64,000 nt of DNA, taken from contig JAWMAR010000049.1 in assembly GCA_036785375.1 (NCBI GenBank), positions 10,292,001-10,356,000 of the forward strand. The letters are read 5' to 3'. The position numbers were made by a program, and so were the translations under genes. Shown here in pieces: positions 12,921 through 26,238 of the stretch. Under the pieces are notes generated by a model. The model saw only the letters and a program-made list of their open reading frames with translations. It searched no databases and was not told where the DNA came from. Numbering within the stretch: position 1 is the first letter of the stretch; the number at the start of each line of letters is the position of its first letter. This stretch comes from Leucoraja ocellata. Its lineage: Eukaryota.

Positions 12921-15355
12921 TACAACCACAAGAAAAAATTAAACCTACAGTCAATATCAGAATATATTAAAGGAGCACAATATCATGAGAATAGTTGAAA
13001 ATACAAGTAAAGGGATAAATGGTAGGTGGCTTCAGTTAGTATAGCAAATGGAATGCTCAATGTTAATTTTCTGAGATTATCTCATTTTCTGTCATTATTT
13101 ATATGTGAAAACAGTGGGTGAAAATATAATGGCCATGTTCAAAGTAATGGTGAACACTAGAATCGGAGTCGTACTGTGACATTTTCTATTAGCAATAAGA
13201 ATGATCTTGAATAACTTTATAATCAGAAAAATCTTCAAACTTATAGCCAACACAAAAAGGCGATATGGAATAAATAATAATGAAGCTCAAAGATTATTTA
13301 AATAATTTAGATCTCTTTGAAATCAAATCCTCTGATGACAACTATGAGTATAAAATATAGTTGAATAAAAGCAGAACATGGGAGAGGTTATATCAAATCT
13401 TCTTCATCCCACGTGTCGGGGGAAGGAGCAGAAGATGTCTCCCATAATGCTGACTAACATTAAGAATATAAATTTAAGACTGTGCTTCAGAAGAACTTCG
13501 GGGCATTTGAACTATCCTTTACATTAACTCCTCCAATGTAGTCCATTGCTCCTGCATGATAAATCTTACAAAGGCCAGATATTCAGTGTGTAAACTGAAT
13601 CCACTCTTTTATACATTGCATTCCCATCTAAAACATTTCTTGATTACACAAACGACTATGTCCACCTGGGAGGTCCATTCTCCCTTGCAACGTAATTCCC
13701 AAATTATTTTTGAGTATCAATTTTTCTGTTTGTAGTTTTCATACTTTTATAATCTCTGAATGATGTCCAGCTTTCCTGGCTGCAAAAAAAATCACCTTCT
13801 TCCAAGAATATCTCAGATTTCTCAATTCTTCCCTGGTATCTCATTCACTTTATGCTGCCCCACCCAATATATTTCTATTACTTTAATTCTACATTGAACA
13901 GAGTTGAACACAACAGCCCAAGACAGATCTGGCCTGATTCCTTTTCAACAAAGGAAGATCTCTGTTGGCTATCTGGATTTAAATTATAAATATTTATGTA
14001 AAGATGCAGTGCTGGAGACAAACAGAGGAAACCTTTGTTTTAGAGACCATTATACCTGGCAAGGACAGTATTTAGCAGTCTCTACCCATTTAACACCTGT
14101 TCGTGTCAAACTTTCTTGAATATTTCTGCCATGAACTAAAACCTTCCAAAAATGTGGAGCTTTATTATATGCCACCTCAGGGAGCTGGTCTAGTAATAAA
14201 TATGTGCAAAATCACCTCATACTAGATGGTGACTCTAAATTTATTCTGGAGAAATTCTGCTTTCTATTTCAATAAACAGCCTATTGATCTGAATCTACTG
14301 GAGATAATCTATTGTCTGCCATGACTCCAGTGCTTTGCACCACTTACAAATATTGTTAAACACATCAGATATTTATGGCAGTTCACTTGCTATTTGTTCT
14401 CCAGCAATACTTTGTCATTTATCGATCGACCATCCAGTGCAAAATCAATTCTCAATCCACTTAGACAGCCTCTTTTATGAATCTGCAGCTTCCTTTCGAC
14501 ACTGATTTTTCATTTTATTTAAAAAACCTTTTTTTGACTCCACTATTACCTCCAAGCAATCTCACAACAGGTAGCATTTCTGCAACCATACTGGAATCTG
14601 CTGATTAACAAACAGAATTAGCAGCATTTATCCATTTAAATGGTCTCATAGATATAAATGAAAAGCGGAAGGCAGATAGATGAAAAGGGGAAGGAAGGCT
14701 AGTGCCTTTTTAAAAATATTTTGTTTTGTTCAATGAAATTAACAATTTACTTTCAGCTGATTTTTAGCAATTTTATTTTTTAACTAATTAAAATGAAATA
14801 AATGTTTCTGGATATCAGAGGCATTCTGAAATATTTACATATTTGCATAGCTTTGGCAGCTGACATAGCTGGGAACAAGGCTTTGCCAGCTGTCAAGGTC
14901 TCTGGGGCTTTTTCTATGTACAGTGAAGGATATACCTCTCCCTAAATCTCATTGCTGGAATCTGGGATGCTTCAGACTTGTAAAATGGGCTTTGAGCATC
15001 TGGATCAATTTGCATGATCTGAGCGATTGCAGGTTATGGCAGATTTTAATGCTTCTGTTCTCCAGATGTTTATTGATTGCATCATGCTGAATGCCCTTAA
15101 ATCATTTTTTGTGATATTTAGGAATTGGTCTGAATTATCATTGTTGCAACTCACTCCTTTTTCTGTTTATTGGAACCACATTTGCTGGACTGGGGAGCTT
15201 GCCACATTCTGTTTGTAAAGGAACATTAAAAAAATAAAGCTAGCAATGGGGAATATCTCCTTCAATTTCTCAAATACATTATCATCTGTCCAGAAAATTT
15301 GGAACGATGTAATTGCTCTGGAACATGTTTTTTTTTGATTGCTATATTTATTACA

Positions 15356-15547
15356 GGTAGACAAAAATGCTGGAGAAACTCAGCGGGTGAGGTAGCATCT
15401 ATGGAGCTAAGGAGTCTAAAGAAGGGTCTCGATCCGAAAGGTCACCTATTCCTTCGCTCCATAGATGCTGCCTCACCCGCTGAGTTTCTCCAGCATTTTT
15501 GTCTATCTTCGATTTATCCAGCATCTGCAGTTCTTTCTTAAACACCG
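15356..15547. mobile_element. Penelope-derived foldback element, 12-bp TSD
   Basis: Inverted arms; ATATTTATTACA duplicated at 15344-15355 and 15548-15559. Confidence 0.8.
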
Positions 15548-16603
15548 ATATTTATTACATGTCTCTCTGGAATGTGCCTATACTCCTGGCCTGTGTACAC
15601 TATTCTGAAGAATCCATTCAAAGTCTTTGCTGCGTCTTGAGCATCAGAGGTGTCTTGCAATTAGTCTGTAATGGTGGGTTGTGATCAGTGTCATGGCTTA
15701 ACCAGATCTTTCTATACTGGTGACATATTTCCTATTCTGCACTGTTCTTAGACGTGAACTGCAATTTTCCTTTTTCTTTTATTCACTCACTCTCAATCTT
15801 GTCTTTATTTTCCCCCACAGGCTTTGACATCACTTGCTAAGTCATGAAAGATGTTAATAGGTCTGCCAGGTTTTGATTTCCTTTTCATATTTACTGTCCT
15901 GATATGACCTTGCTCATTCTATTTGGTGGCTTAACCTAAGTGAAAATATTCTTTCCCTGCTGATCTCAGCCATGCCTCACTCACCCACAGTTTCACATCG
16001 GTGAAAGATCAACTCATTGTGCAAAAGACAGGAAAAAATTCTGAAACATCAGAACTGACAAAAAAAAAATTAGAGGTCTCTGTTGCTGCCAAGTCTACTC
16101 ACAATGGTGAGCTTAAGTGAGCAGTTACTTTCAGCAAAACCTGCATATCAACAGCCAACTGTCACCGGATTAGCGACGTTAACATATCTGAAGGGAACAA
16201 GAGCAGTTTCAATAATAGTTGTGCAGATGAGGAACCCCAGTCGTGACAGTGCAATGTCATGAATTTAGTCTCTGTGAATAATGCAAACTACGCAGTTAAC
16301 GCTGCTTTTGTTTGAAGGGGTGTACGTTGAATTTATTATTTCTGATATTTCTAGCTTCGGAAGGCAACTCAAGTTGGATGGTTAAAGCATGGCCTGTCAA
16401 TTTATCTACCATGATCAGCAGGGGAATTTCTGTTCAATATTTGAGGTCTCTCCTGAGCTTAATCTGCTTAAATTTCAGATGGTGTTCTGACATCTATTGA
16501 CTTTGTTCTCATTACAATTACTGACGGGATGTTTCCCAGTCAATAAGTTAATTAAGACTGAATATCCAAGTCATAAAGGCAAAGAAAACACTGAAGTTAC
16601 AAA

Positions 16604-16829
16604 AGATAGACACAAAAGCTGGAGTAACTCAGCGGGACAGGCAGCATCTCTGGAGAGAAGAAATGGGTGATGTTTTGGGTCGAGACCCTTCTTCAGCTCG
16701 GGTTTGAGAAGGATCTCAATCCAAAATGTCACCCATTCCTTCTCTCCAGACATGCTGCCTTTCCCGCGGAGTTACTTCAGGATTTTGTGTCTATCTTCAG
16801 TTAAACCAGCATCTCCAGTTCCTTTCTAG
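16604..16829. mobile_element. Penelope-derived foldback element, 14-bp TSD
   Basis: Near-perfect palindrome; ACTGAAGTTACAAA duplicated at 16590-16603 and 16830-16843. Confidence 0.85.
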
Positions 16830-17132
16830 ACTGAAGTTACAAATATTGGTCAAAGCTGATTTGGCAGATTAAACAGTTGAAGACGTTTTAGACTACAGGG
16901 TAAATCAACTGGTTTGCTGATGCTCATTACTGCTCAGTGTGTCACTGGACTAAGTATGTGTCAACTGTCTTAGTCACAGTGAAAACAGTAGCAACCCTGG
17001 TACAGATCTCTCAACATACTGCGGTGACAACTGAATTATAAGGGAAAGCACTTGCAAGTAAATATTATGGAGAAGGGTTAAAATAGGTCAATGTGGTATT
17101 AAAAGAAAGGGGGGAACTTTATTTCCATAGTA

Positions 17133-17211
17133 GACACAAAACGCTGGAGTAACTCAGTGGGACAGGCAGCATCTCTGGAGAGAAGGAATGGGTGATGTTT
17201 TGGATCGAGTA
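17133..17211. mobile_element. Truncated Penelope-derived arm, 12-bp TSD
   Basis: ATTTCCATAGTA duplicated at 17121-17132 and 17212-17223. Confidence 0.75.
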
Positions 17212-17339
17212 ATTTCCATAGTAATGGTGTGTGAGAACATGGGAAACAGGTGAATGATAGTGAGTGTAACATGAATGCAACAGAAACTGGTAGAACTGCT
17301 AACCTAAATTGGAAAATTATACCATTTGAACTGCTCATC

Positions 17340-18990
17340 TAAAATGGAAAATGATAACATTTGGAAAGCACATGTGAGCGATCTGGCGATTTGATTAGTG
17401 GTATTATGACAGTGCCCTGCGTAGGAAGCCTTTTTGCATCACCACTGCTGGAATAGACAAAAAGCTGGAATTTTAAAAATCCAGTTACATTTTTGTTAAT
17501 ACATAAATTGCATAAATAAAATGTTTTTCTTACTAAGACTGGAAGAAACTTGGCAACAGAACTTTCTGCACCATTTGCAGACTGACATCACCTCAACAAC
17601 CCAAGGAGCTGCCAAACCAGAGTGCAGCTTGATGAAAACTAGCAAGTCTTGACCAACTGCTCTTTAAAGCCCTTTGATACCTAGTTACACAGGGTTACAC
17701 GTCAGCTGTGCTGGCGAGGACTTGCGAGTATTCCTGGCAAAACAGCTCGAGTGAAAAAAACAGCCAGAAAAAAAGACTTCACGTTGTAGGTAATTAAAAT
17801 AAATTAGAATTCAAAAGCAGGAAAACTCATTATAGCCGAGGTACAAAATCTCCAAACACAAGCCCTTTATAGATGTTAACACGAGAGCCACATCTGTTTA
17901 GGACGGATGATATAAAGGAGAAGAAAGCTGTTCCTCACTGAAATACCTTTCACAATATCGGAGACTGGTGTGAAATCCACAGTCTCTCAAGGTTTCTGGT
18001 TCAATTCAAAGGCTGGAAGAATTTATTTTTGATTGGTAGAACAGTTGATGGTTCACCTGCCTAGTTCCTGATTTTTATTTTGTTTTGATAATCCAAAATA
18101 AATTTAAAAAAAATGATAGCATTTGTAAAGTTCCAACCTCATTTCACTTTAAATAAAAAAGAAAAAAAAGCTGAATCCTTTAAAGATACTCTTCAGATCT
18201 TGTCAGCCTTTTCTCTACCATTGCGGGGAGTGATAGCACCACTTGAGAATCTTCATCAGCAAGTCTTCTTCACATGAAGAAATGACAGCGAATAAAAAAC
18301 TGTTATCAGCAAAGGAGTAAGGCTGAGATCAAAAGAGAGACTTCAAAGACTGCCTGGCAGCTCCTCACCAACAGTAGCAATCACGGAGTCTTATATTTAG
18401 AGCAGAACTTTCTTGGACCATATCATTTCGCCATCAATGGTAGTGTTATTGTGAAGAAATAGAATTTCCACAGAACACTTGCAGTTGGGATAATGACCGG
18501 CAGCCTAGTCCAGTGGATATCATTGTGCTGATGAGATGTCGATCACTGCATTCTTCCAACCTTGACAAGATTTGAAAGCTCTTAGGGACTAATTGAGTTT
18601 TTAAAAAAAAATATTGCCATTTTGTGATCAGTATCTTACAAAATGTCGACTCCAGCCGTTGTGTCTGTTGGTGTTTACTGGGCTTTCTTTGGCTTTGGCA
18701 ATCAAATGGGTTAAGATCAATCCCTTTAAATGTGAAGAGTTTTGTTTTTTCCCAGGGCCAAATTTTCTTGTGTTTATGGCAAACAGAGCATCATTGAAAA
18801 AGAAAAAAGAGGAAAAAAAAAATGTTACCATACCTTAACAGCCAGAAAGAGCAGGACCAGTAAAGGAAGTAATGCTAGATAGTCATGCAGAGGAACTTTT
18901 CTCAGTGATACCGAGTGAAAGTCACTTCATCCCACAAAGTGGCTGAAAAGCCCACATCACATTGGTAGATTCTTTCCTATTTTGTGTTTC
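17340..18990 (-). other. STX1A: Probable 3' UTR of the canonical isoform (3' end not defined)
   Basis: Repeat-free stretch after the TGA, with U-rich tracts on the sense strand (about 18150 and 18795-18820). Sense-strand AATAAA occurs at about 18074-18079, 18022-18027 and 17118-17123. Confidence 0.5.
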
Positions 18991-19071
18991 TCAAAATCCA
19001 AACACTCCCCCAACTGTGGATGCAATGACGACCCCCAGCACCACACAGCATATAATGATCATGATCTTCTT
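18991..19071 (-). CDS. STX1A: Terminal exon 10b, canonical STX1 transmembrane domain and stop
   Basis: ctacag|AAG AAG ATC ATG ATC ATT ATA TGC TGT...TTT TGA; encodes KKIMIIICCVVLGVVIASTVGGVFGF*. Confidence 0.95.
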   Translation of the reverse strand, partial: KKIMIIICCVVLGVVIASTVGGVFGF

Positions 19072-21589
19072 CTGTAGCCCCCACATCCAAGCAGCATGAC
19101 AGGAAGAAGAGGAGAAAGTGTTAGTTCTGTAACTTTATTTACATTTAAATGATTCAGGATTTTTACAGAATGGAAGATGAAGCAATTCCAAAACAGATTA
19201 TAACCTTCCCTTTACATCAGTAAATGTTCTTATTGATATCTTCTTGTTGCAGGCTCGTCATTTTAACAAACCATTAACATTTCAGAACCTACTTTGAAAC
19301 ATAAGTCCCTCACATTTCAAACCTCCCGCACACCACACATCTCTCGGTATAAATAGGACACCACATATTCCATCACCACACTCCATCATATTCAGAAGCC
19401 ATCCTCACATTAGACAACTGCTCACATTCAATGCAAACTACAACAACAATGCTCCCACTTCATATTTTAAATCTCTCTTCTTAACAAGTACCTGACATTA
19501 AACACTCGCTCATGACATTTTTTGTAAATTTAAGTAGCTGGAAACAGCTGGGGAGGTAGAGAGTATGATATCTTCTTTCGACCTTTAATCTCAATGTAAA
19601 ATGTTTACACATTATTGAAGTTAGTTAATAAGTTTTTGACTGGCATCTTACCCTAATCTACTTTTTGCTGTCAAATTTGTATTTACAGTAATTGAAAAAC
19701 TTTGCAAAAGGAGCAGATTTTGGGAGAAAGAAGAGTATTCAAAATCCAATTTGGTTCAATCCTGAGTTGATAATATAATACAATGTTAAGAGAGGGGTGT
19801 GATTCCAAGTGTGTGCACAAAGAGGTGTAAAGTGCATGTCCGCATGTAAGAATGTTATTTACTTTCAATTCACTTACCATCAGCAGGCATTGAACTACAT
19901 AGGGACACATTTTAGATTCCCTGTTGAGATGTCTGTTAAAATCTAGGCTATAATATGGACCTAAACTATCTTCTATTCCTTGTGGCCAATGGAATCATCA
20001 GCTTCTCCAACTTCTGTCAGTCTGTTATAGCAGCTCAACTATCCCATATAGTCCCTCACTCTTCACCTCACACACACCTTGTGAAAGGGTTGTAAACGTT
20101 TTAACAGTAGAGCGGCCATAAAATATACAATCATGCAAAACAGCAAGCCACATCTTCAGAAATGGATGAGGAGAAAGTGAGAAATGTAATGCTGATACAA
20201 GAAGAACCGAGTAAAATCTAGAAAGGTACAACTCTCCTGTAGAACTATGGCACTATCCACATGTATCACATAGTGCTGTAGTTTTACAGCTGGATAATAC
20301 TGTTCCAGTAACACATTCATTAGCAGTAGTGGAGACACGGGAGAGGATCCATGCTGTAACACAATACATTTCTCCCATGGCAATAAGGCTCATTTATTTT
20401 TGGGGAGAAATCGTATTACTTTTATTGCATAGTGTATTTATGTTTTTCCTTGGAGTCTATTATTATTCATTTTTTTGGGGTTAAATAACAGCACTTAGTT
20501 TGTATCACAGTTGATAATTTCTTTCAGATCAACAAATTATTGTATTTTTATTATTTTGCCTTTGTCATTATTTCCTTTACAAGAATTGTTGTCAGTATTA
20601 CATATGCCCATATATAATATGTGATAAAAGAAATGTTGACAATTTATAATTTTCCTTTAGTATGGTGAAAAACAAGCAGATAGAATGGAACTATAAACTG
20701 CAATGAATTATTTTATTTTGTGTTGTAAAATTAAATATTGAATATAATTTTGCGTTTGATGTAAATGCATTACCCTGTGCAATATCAGTTAGAGAAGGCA
20801 TGATAAGCCTCAGTGTCCAGGATTGATATGGAAAGAAAAACAGTCAGGAGTATCACCTCTGATCACTACCCACAGACCTCTGCAGAAGTTCATGCAAGTA
20901 ATCAGGAACTAAGGATGTAAAGCCAGACACAATGACAAAAGGACACATATGCAGACCTATTCAAGAGATATTGAAAGGAAGTTCGCTTTCATTGTATACT
21001 TGCCTTTTTGGCAAGGGTTTATAATTTGATGAAAAATACCAGATCTCTTAGACTTTTATTATAATCATAGCCAGAATCATTCTCAAAACCGTTCAGACAA
21101 CACCAATGTAAGTGTCGAGGTTAGGAGGAAAGCAAAACACTGCAGATGCAGGTTCTGATTGTATTTAAGTTATGCAGGGCCTATTGTGTTGAAATTTGTG
21201 AGTGTCGTAAATTTAGATCTATATTTTTTCCTGTAGAACTGTTCACGACTGCAAATTCATACATGGCAATATCCACACTCGTTCCTGCATCTATACATGA
21301 ACATGACCATGTTTTTATATGTTTTTCTTTACATGTATCTGCATGTTTGATTATTTCCAAAATTCACATGGATCTGTGATTTCTTTTCCTGCTCTTTAAT
21401 TTTTTTTATTTTTTTTATGGGCTTAGTGACTTGGATTTTCCCAAGAAGATGGCAGGAATTTCTCATTGTAACTTATGATACTCATGCAAACATGAAACTT
21501 TGAAAAGGAATGCCTGTGGATTCATTCACTGTGATGTTTGTACAGTTTCTTGGGGAGTTGATCAAGTAGGGAGGTTAGTACCTGACAAA

Positions 21590-21915
21590 GTATATTAAAT
21601 TATGAAAGGCATAGATAGATTAGACAGTCAGAACTTTTTTCCCCATGAGGGAAATATCAAGTGCTAGAGGGCAAAGCATTAAGGTGAGTGGGGAAAAATT
21701 TAAAGATGTGTGGGGCAAGCTTTTACACAGAGGGAGGTGTGTGCCTGAAACCTCTGCTGATGGTCATGGTGGTGTCAGAACCGATAGTGGCATTTAAGAG
21801 GCTTTTGACAAGGCACATGGATATGCAGGGAGATAGGAGTTGGCCTTGGCATCATGTTCAGTATAGACATTGTGGTCCGAAAGGGCTGTTCCTGTGCTGT
21901 ACTGTTCTATGTTCT
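21590..21915 (+). mobile_element. CR1-type LINE 3' fragment
   Basis: Residual VAFKRLLTRHMD coding; GGTCCGAAAGGGCTGTTCCTGTGCTGTACTGTTCTATGTTCTAT tail. Confidence 0.75.
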
Positions 21916-22694
21916 ATTTGTTTAGGGCCAATTTGCTTCGATATGGGCGTCAGATAATTTGCATCTAATAAAAGCATTTTTTTAAATTAGGACCCATGGA
22001 TTGGTGTATGTGTCTGATCTGTAGATATTTGCAATGGATCATGTTTAGCAACAGTAGGCTGTAACTTCCTGGTAGTGGAAGGCTGCCCTTCTTCAGCAAA
22101 AACATAGGTGCTAACCATGCATTTATATTTTGCTGATCCTTCAGTGTCAATATTTTGTATAGTCCCATCCTATTCTAAAAGGGAGAGATGCTACACAGTG
22201 ACATGGTCATGTTATGCAATGGTGACATTTGATAGACTAGAAAATGCCCAATATACAAAACAGCTGAAAGAAAAATCTGACAACCAGTAAAGCTACATCT
22301 CAAGCTTTACCAGCTGTCAAGAATTCTGAATGTCACTGGCATTATAGGAACATCCAAAAACAATTAAAAATGAATAAAACAACATATCGTAAAAATAAAT
22401 GAATAATAAAGAATTAAAAACACATAAAAAAAAATATTAGAGCAAACTTATTTATCCAATCTAATGGGAATTACCTTGCTCTTCTCTCTCATGGTTGTTC
22501 CTCTCTACTCAGGTGAAAGGGGCCTGGTGCAGGTTCAGTGACGAGGTTTCCCAACACAAATACTGGGGACTTCTGCAAGTTCATGGATCACCACCAGATT
22601 CCATAAGGAACAGTTGGGAAACTGCTGGTAGAACTCGCATAGCAAGTTGGAGACCTCCACAATTGCCCGGGAATAGACAATAGACAATTGACAA

Positions 22695-23150
22695 TAGGTG
22701 CAGGAGTAGGCCATTCGGCCCTTCGAGCCAGCACCGCCATTCAATGTGATCATGGCTGATCATTCCCAATCAGTACCCCGTTCCTGCCTTCTCCCCATAT
22801 CCCCTGACTCTGCTATTTTTAAGAGCCCTATCTAGCTCTCTCTTGAAAGCATCCAGAGAACCTGCCTCCACTGCCCTCTGAGGCAGAGAATTCCACAGAA
22901 TTCCACCACTCTCCATGAGAAAAAGTGTTTCCTCGTCTCCGTTCTAAATGGCTTACTCCTTATTCTTAAACTGTGGCCCGTGGTTCTGGGCTCCCCCAAC
23001 ATCGGGAACATGTTTCCTGCCTCTAGCATGTCCAAGCCCTTAATAATCTTATATGTTTCGATGAGATCCCCTCTCATCATTCTAAACTCCAGAGTGTATA
23101 AGCCCAGCTGCTCCATTCTCTCAGCTAATGACGGTCCCGCCATCCCGGGA
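22695..23150 (-). mobile_element. CR1-type LINE 3' end (ORF2 C-terminus and 3' UTR)
   Basis: ORF LGLYTLEFRMMRGDLIETYKIIKGLD...TTGHSLRIR is the CR1 ORF2 C-terminal motif. Confidence 0.9.
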
Positions 23151-23379
23151 ATCTTCCAACCTCCAAAATTTAGGAGTAAAAGTTAGCAGTTCGGGCCTAA
23201 GCATAGTGTTTGCAACAGACCTGAGGCCAAGTTATATTCTGAAGAGATACCTAAAATAGCCAACAGGGAATGCCCAAAACCTTTATTTCTATGGACATCC
23301 AGAGGTGTATCACAAAGAGACCATCAGCTAAATTGGAAGCTCGTGGAATAGAAGAAGAATTAGCGGTTTAAGATTTGAC

Positions 23380-24060
23380 TGAGTGGCAGCAAATGGACGA
23401 TAGAGTTAAGGTTGGATGTTCAAATTGGCAGCATAACTAAGATTAGCGTTGGGGTTGCAAAGATCAGTTGTACTTGGATGACATGATAGAAAACAACATA
23501 TTTAATTTGCCTGGCATGGCAAAACCGAAAGCATTATAGACAAGAGCATTAATTTATAAGGAGCTAATGGATTAGGCAAATGCACAAAACAGGACTGATG
23601 TGACAGAATACTTTCCAAATGGTGTTAAACCAGAAACAATGGAGATCCAAAGGGGGGCTGGATAAAGTATCACAGACAGATACTGAAAATAATAGGGCAA
23701 ATATAATACTGGATTTTATATTGAGATTTTATATAAAATACTGGATTTTATATCGAGAAATAAAATTAAAAGAAATTGAGAAATTCTGCTATGTCGTGAT
23801 TGGACCATGCCTGGAGCACTGGGTGCAGTCTGTGTGCTACAAGTTGGGAAGGATATTTTGGCCTTAGACAGGGTAAAGCAGATTTATCGCAATAATATCT
23901 TAATTCTGAAATTCAACTGAATCTTAAGGATTACATAATAAAGAGAAATTATGCAAAGGCCGTACTTCATGCAATTTACAAGGTTAAAGGGTTATCTGAC
24001 AAGTTTTCAAGATAATAAAGGGAACAAATACCAGATAAAGATAAACTATTTCCACTGATT
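23380..24060 (+). mobile_element. Old CR1-type LINE fragment
   Basis: Decayed motif (IGPCLEHWVQ, corresponding to the RPHLEYCVQ motif). Confidence 0.55.
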
Positions 24061-24074
24061 TAAGAGTCCATCGA

Positions 24075-24455
24075 GGGGATTTATCGCAGTCGCTGCCTTA
24101 AAAAGGCTGGCAATATCATCAAAGACCCGCACCATCCTGGCCACACACTCATCTCCCTGCTACCTTCAGGTAGAAGGTACAGGAGCCTGAAGACTGCAAC
24201 AACCAGGTTCAGGAATAGCTACTTCCCCACAACCATCAGGCTATTAAACCTGGCTTGGACAAAACTCTGATCATTAATAACCCATTATCTGTTATTTGCA
24301 CTTTATCAGTCTATTTATTCATGTGAGCATATGTTTATACAATGGTATATGGACACTGATCTGTTTTGGAGTAAATGTCTACTATGTTCTGTGTGCTGAA
24401 GCAAAGCAAGAATTTCATTGTCATATCAGGGAAACATGACAATAAACACATTTGA
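24075..24455 (+). mobile_element. Rex1/Babar-type LINE 3' end
   Basis: Translates RCLKKAGNIIKDPHHPGHTLISLLPSGRRYRSLKTATTRFRNSYFPTTIRLLN, followed by a GAATTTCATTGT..GACAATAAA tail. Confidence 0.85.
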
Positions 24456-24571
24456 ACCTGAGATGAAATGGTAGTCTAAAAATTGAAGTGAGGAATGAAC
24501 ACGTACTCATAAATTAGTCCGTCTGGAACTGTTAAACTCAGATTATGAGGTTGTTAGATTTTTAATGGGAA

Positions 24572-24944
24572 CTAGACCAAGTGCAGACAGACCCATTGGG
24601 AAGGGGGGTGGGGGGTTTGGAGCGCTGGAGTGCCCCTCCCTCCCAGAGTGGCCCGACCTGCCTTGGGAGTGCATTGTGACGTCACTCGGATTTTTTTTTC
24701 CAAAATGGGTGAGTTTGAAGAAATCGGGCTGTTTTAAAAACTTCAACAATTAATAACCAGAAATATAGATGGAAATGCGACAGGAAGATATTTATCGCCA
24801 CCATGGGGAAAAAGGTGAGTAGGGTTTGTGAAAATGGGAAGGCTGTGGCCTAGCGTTTGGAAGATGATAGGAATTAACCAGATTGACACATACAGAGACA
24901 CGTCGTGGGCACAAACAAGACAAAGACTTTTAGTTATATAGAGA
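24572..24944 (-). mobile_element. Putative non-autonomous Helitron
   Basis: Minus strand begins A|TCTCTATATAACTAAAAG and ends GGTCTAG|T (TC...CTAG inserted in an AT site); no TSD or TIR. Confidence 0.55.
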
Positions 24945-25142
24945 TAACAATGGGAATAAGCAAACTTTGTTTTAGCCAGTCCCTTAGGATTTCGGATGAG
25001 TTGCTTTCATTCTGGTTCTGAGGTGGCTGATAAGGCCAATATAAGACCTTCCTTGGGCAAGTGTGGCTAGTGGGGTGGTCAGGTATGTGGGATGTGAAGC
25101 AATGAGCTCCTTCTGTTCATTACGTTAACCTTCTGCATGATT

Positions 25143-25372
25143 TGTTTAGTTTAGGGACACAGGATGGAAACATGCCCTTTGGCCTGCTGAGTCCATGCTG
25201 ACCATTGATCACCCGTTCACACTAGTTTAATGTTTCCTTCTTTCTCATCCAAGCCCATACAGTTATAGGGAGAATGTGTAAACTCCACACTGACAGAACC
25301 CAAGGTTGGGATCGAACCCATGTCTCTGGCGCTGAGAGGCAGCAGGTCTTACTAGGTGCACCACTGTGCCGG
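25143..25372 (-). mobile_element. V-SINE
   Basis: tRNA-like head with GGTTCGATCC, partial V-domain and CTAAACTAAAC-like tail. Confidence 0.75.
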
Positions 25373-26160
25373 CCAAAATTCTCAGTGTCCTTCCGAATGC
25401 TCCTTATCTACTTTGAGCTGCCTGGATGGGCTCAGAAATCTTATGTTGCATTTTTTTTTTCTCCATAGGAGGAGGATATATTAAGTCACTGAACGGGCAC
25501 AACAAGATCTGGAAATTAAATGGGTGAGTTCTATTCCAACATTCATTTAGTAAAATTTGCTTGGCCATTTGCAGAGAGAATGACGAATAGTTTGAGAGAG
25601 ACATTGACAAAGGGAAAAGAGGGAGAAGAGTGGAAAGAAAGACTGAAAGACAGGATAGAAAAAAAGGTAAAGTAGCAAGATGGGAAAGAGAGAGGAAGGG
25701 AATGGAGAGTAATTGATTTTAAAATTATTTATAAAAATAGAAAAATCGCTGCAGAACTTCACCTGAATTCATCGTGAACTAATAAGTTTGTAAAATCATG
25801 GATCATATTCTGCTAAGGCAAGATGCAAACCAATAATGCTTCTTAAGATTATACACATTGAAAGTAAACTAAAATGATAAATAAAAGAGTGTTGCTTGAA
25901 TCCTGATGTTGCTCTTCAGCTTATGGAGATGCCAAAGCAAGCGAGGTCCGCACACAAGAGGAGAAGTCAGACCTGCAAGAATCATGCTCTTGGTGCCTGT
26001 AAGCAGCCCCTCCAGGAAAATCCTAGGTGTTGGCAAAATGAAATGGAGGTGTCCAGGAATGATGAGTTGTCGTCTTTCCTTTTCACACAAGCATACATGG
26101 AACAACAGCCCAGCTTTAGTCTCAGTCAGGATGATTCGGTGGGTCATGCACTTTCGAGCA

Positions 26161-26238
26161 TTAACTGAGAGACACAGCCAAAGCAATGATGATAATCAAC
26201 AGTACTACTGCAATGCATATTCCTATAAAGATCATTTT
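26161..26238 (-). CDS. STX1A: Alternative terminal exon 10a encoding a second transmembrane anchor
   Basis: tgttttcttcccttcccacag|AAA ATG ATC TTT ATA GGA ATA TGC...CTC AGT TAA; phase 0; encodes KMIFIGICIAVVLLIIIIALAVSLS*. Not in the ORF track because it is too short. Confidence 0.82.
   Translation of the reverse strand, partial: KMIFIGICIAVVLLIIIIALAVSLS

Noticed and set aside
20025-20190. Pyrimidine tract followed by AAG|ATG TGG CTT GCT... (MWLAVLHDCIFYG...)
   Set aside because: Weak GAAG acceptor, and the peptide is neither TM-like nor homologous to any syntaxin tail.
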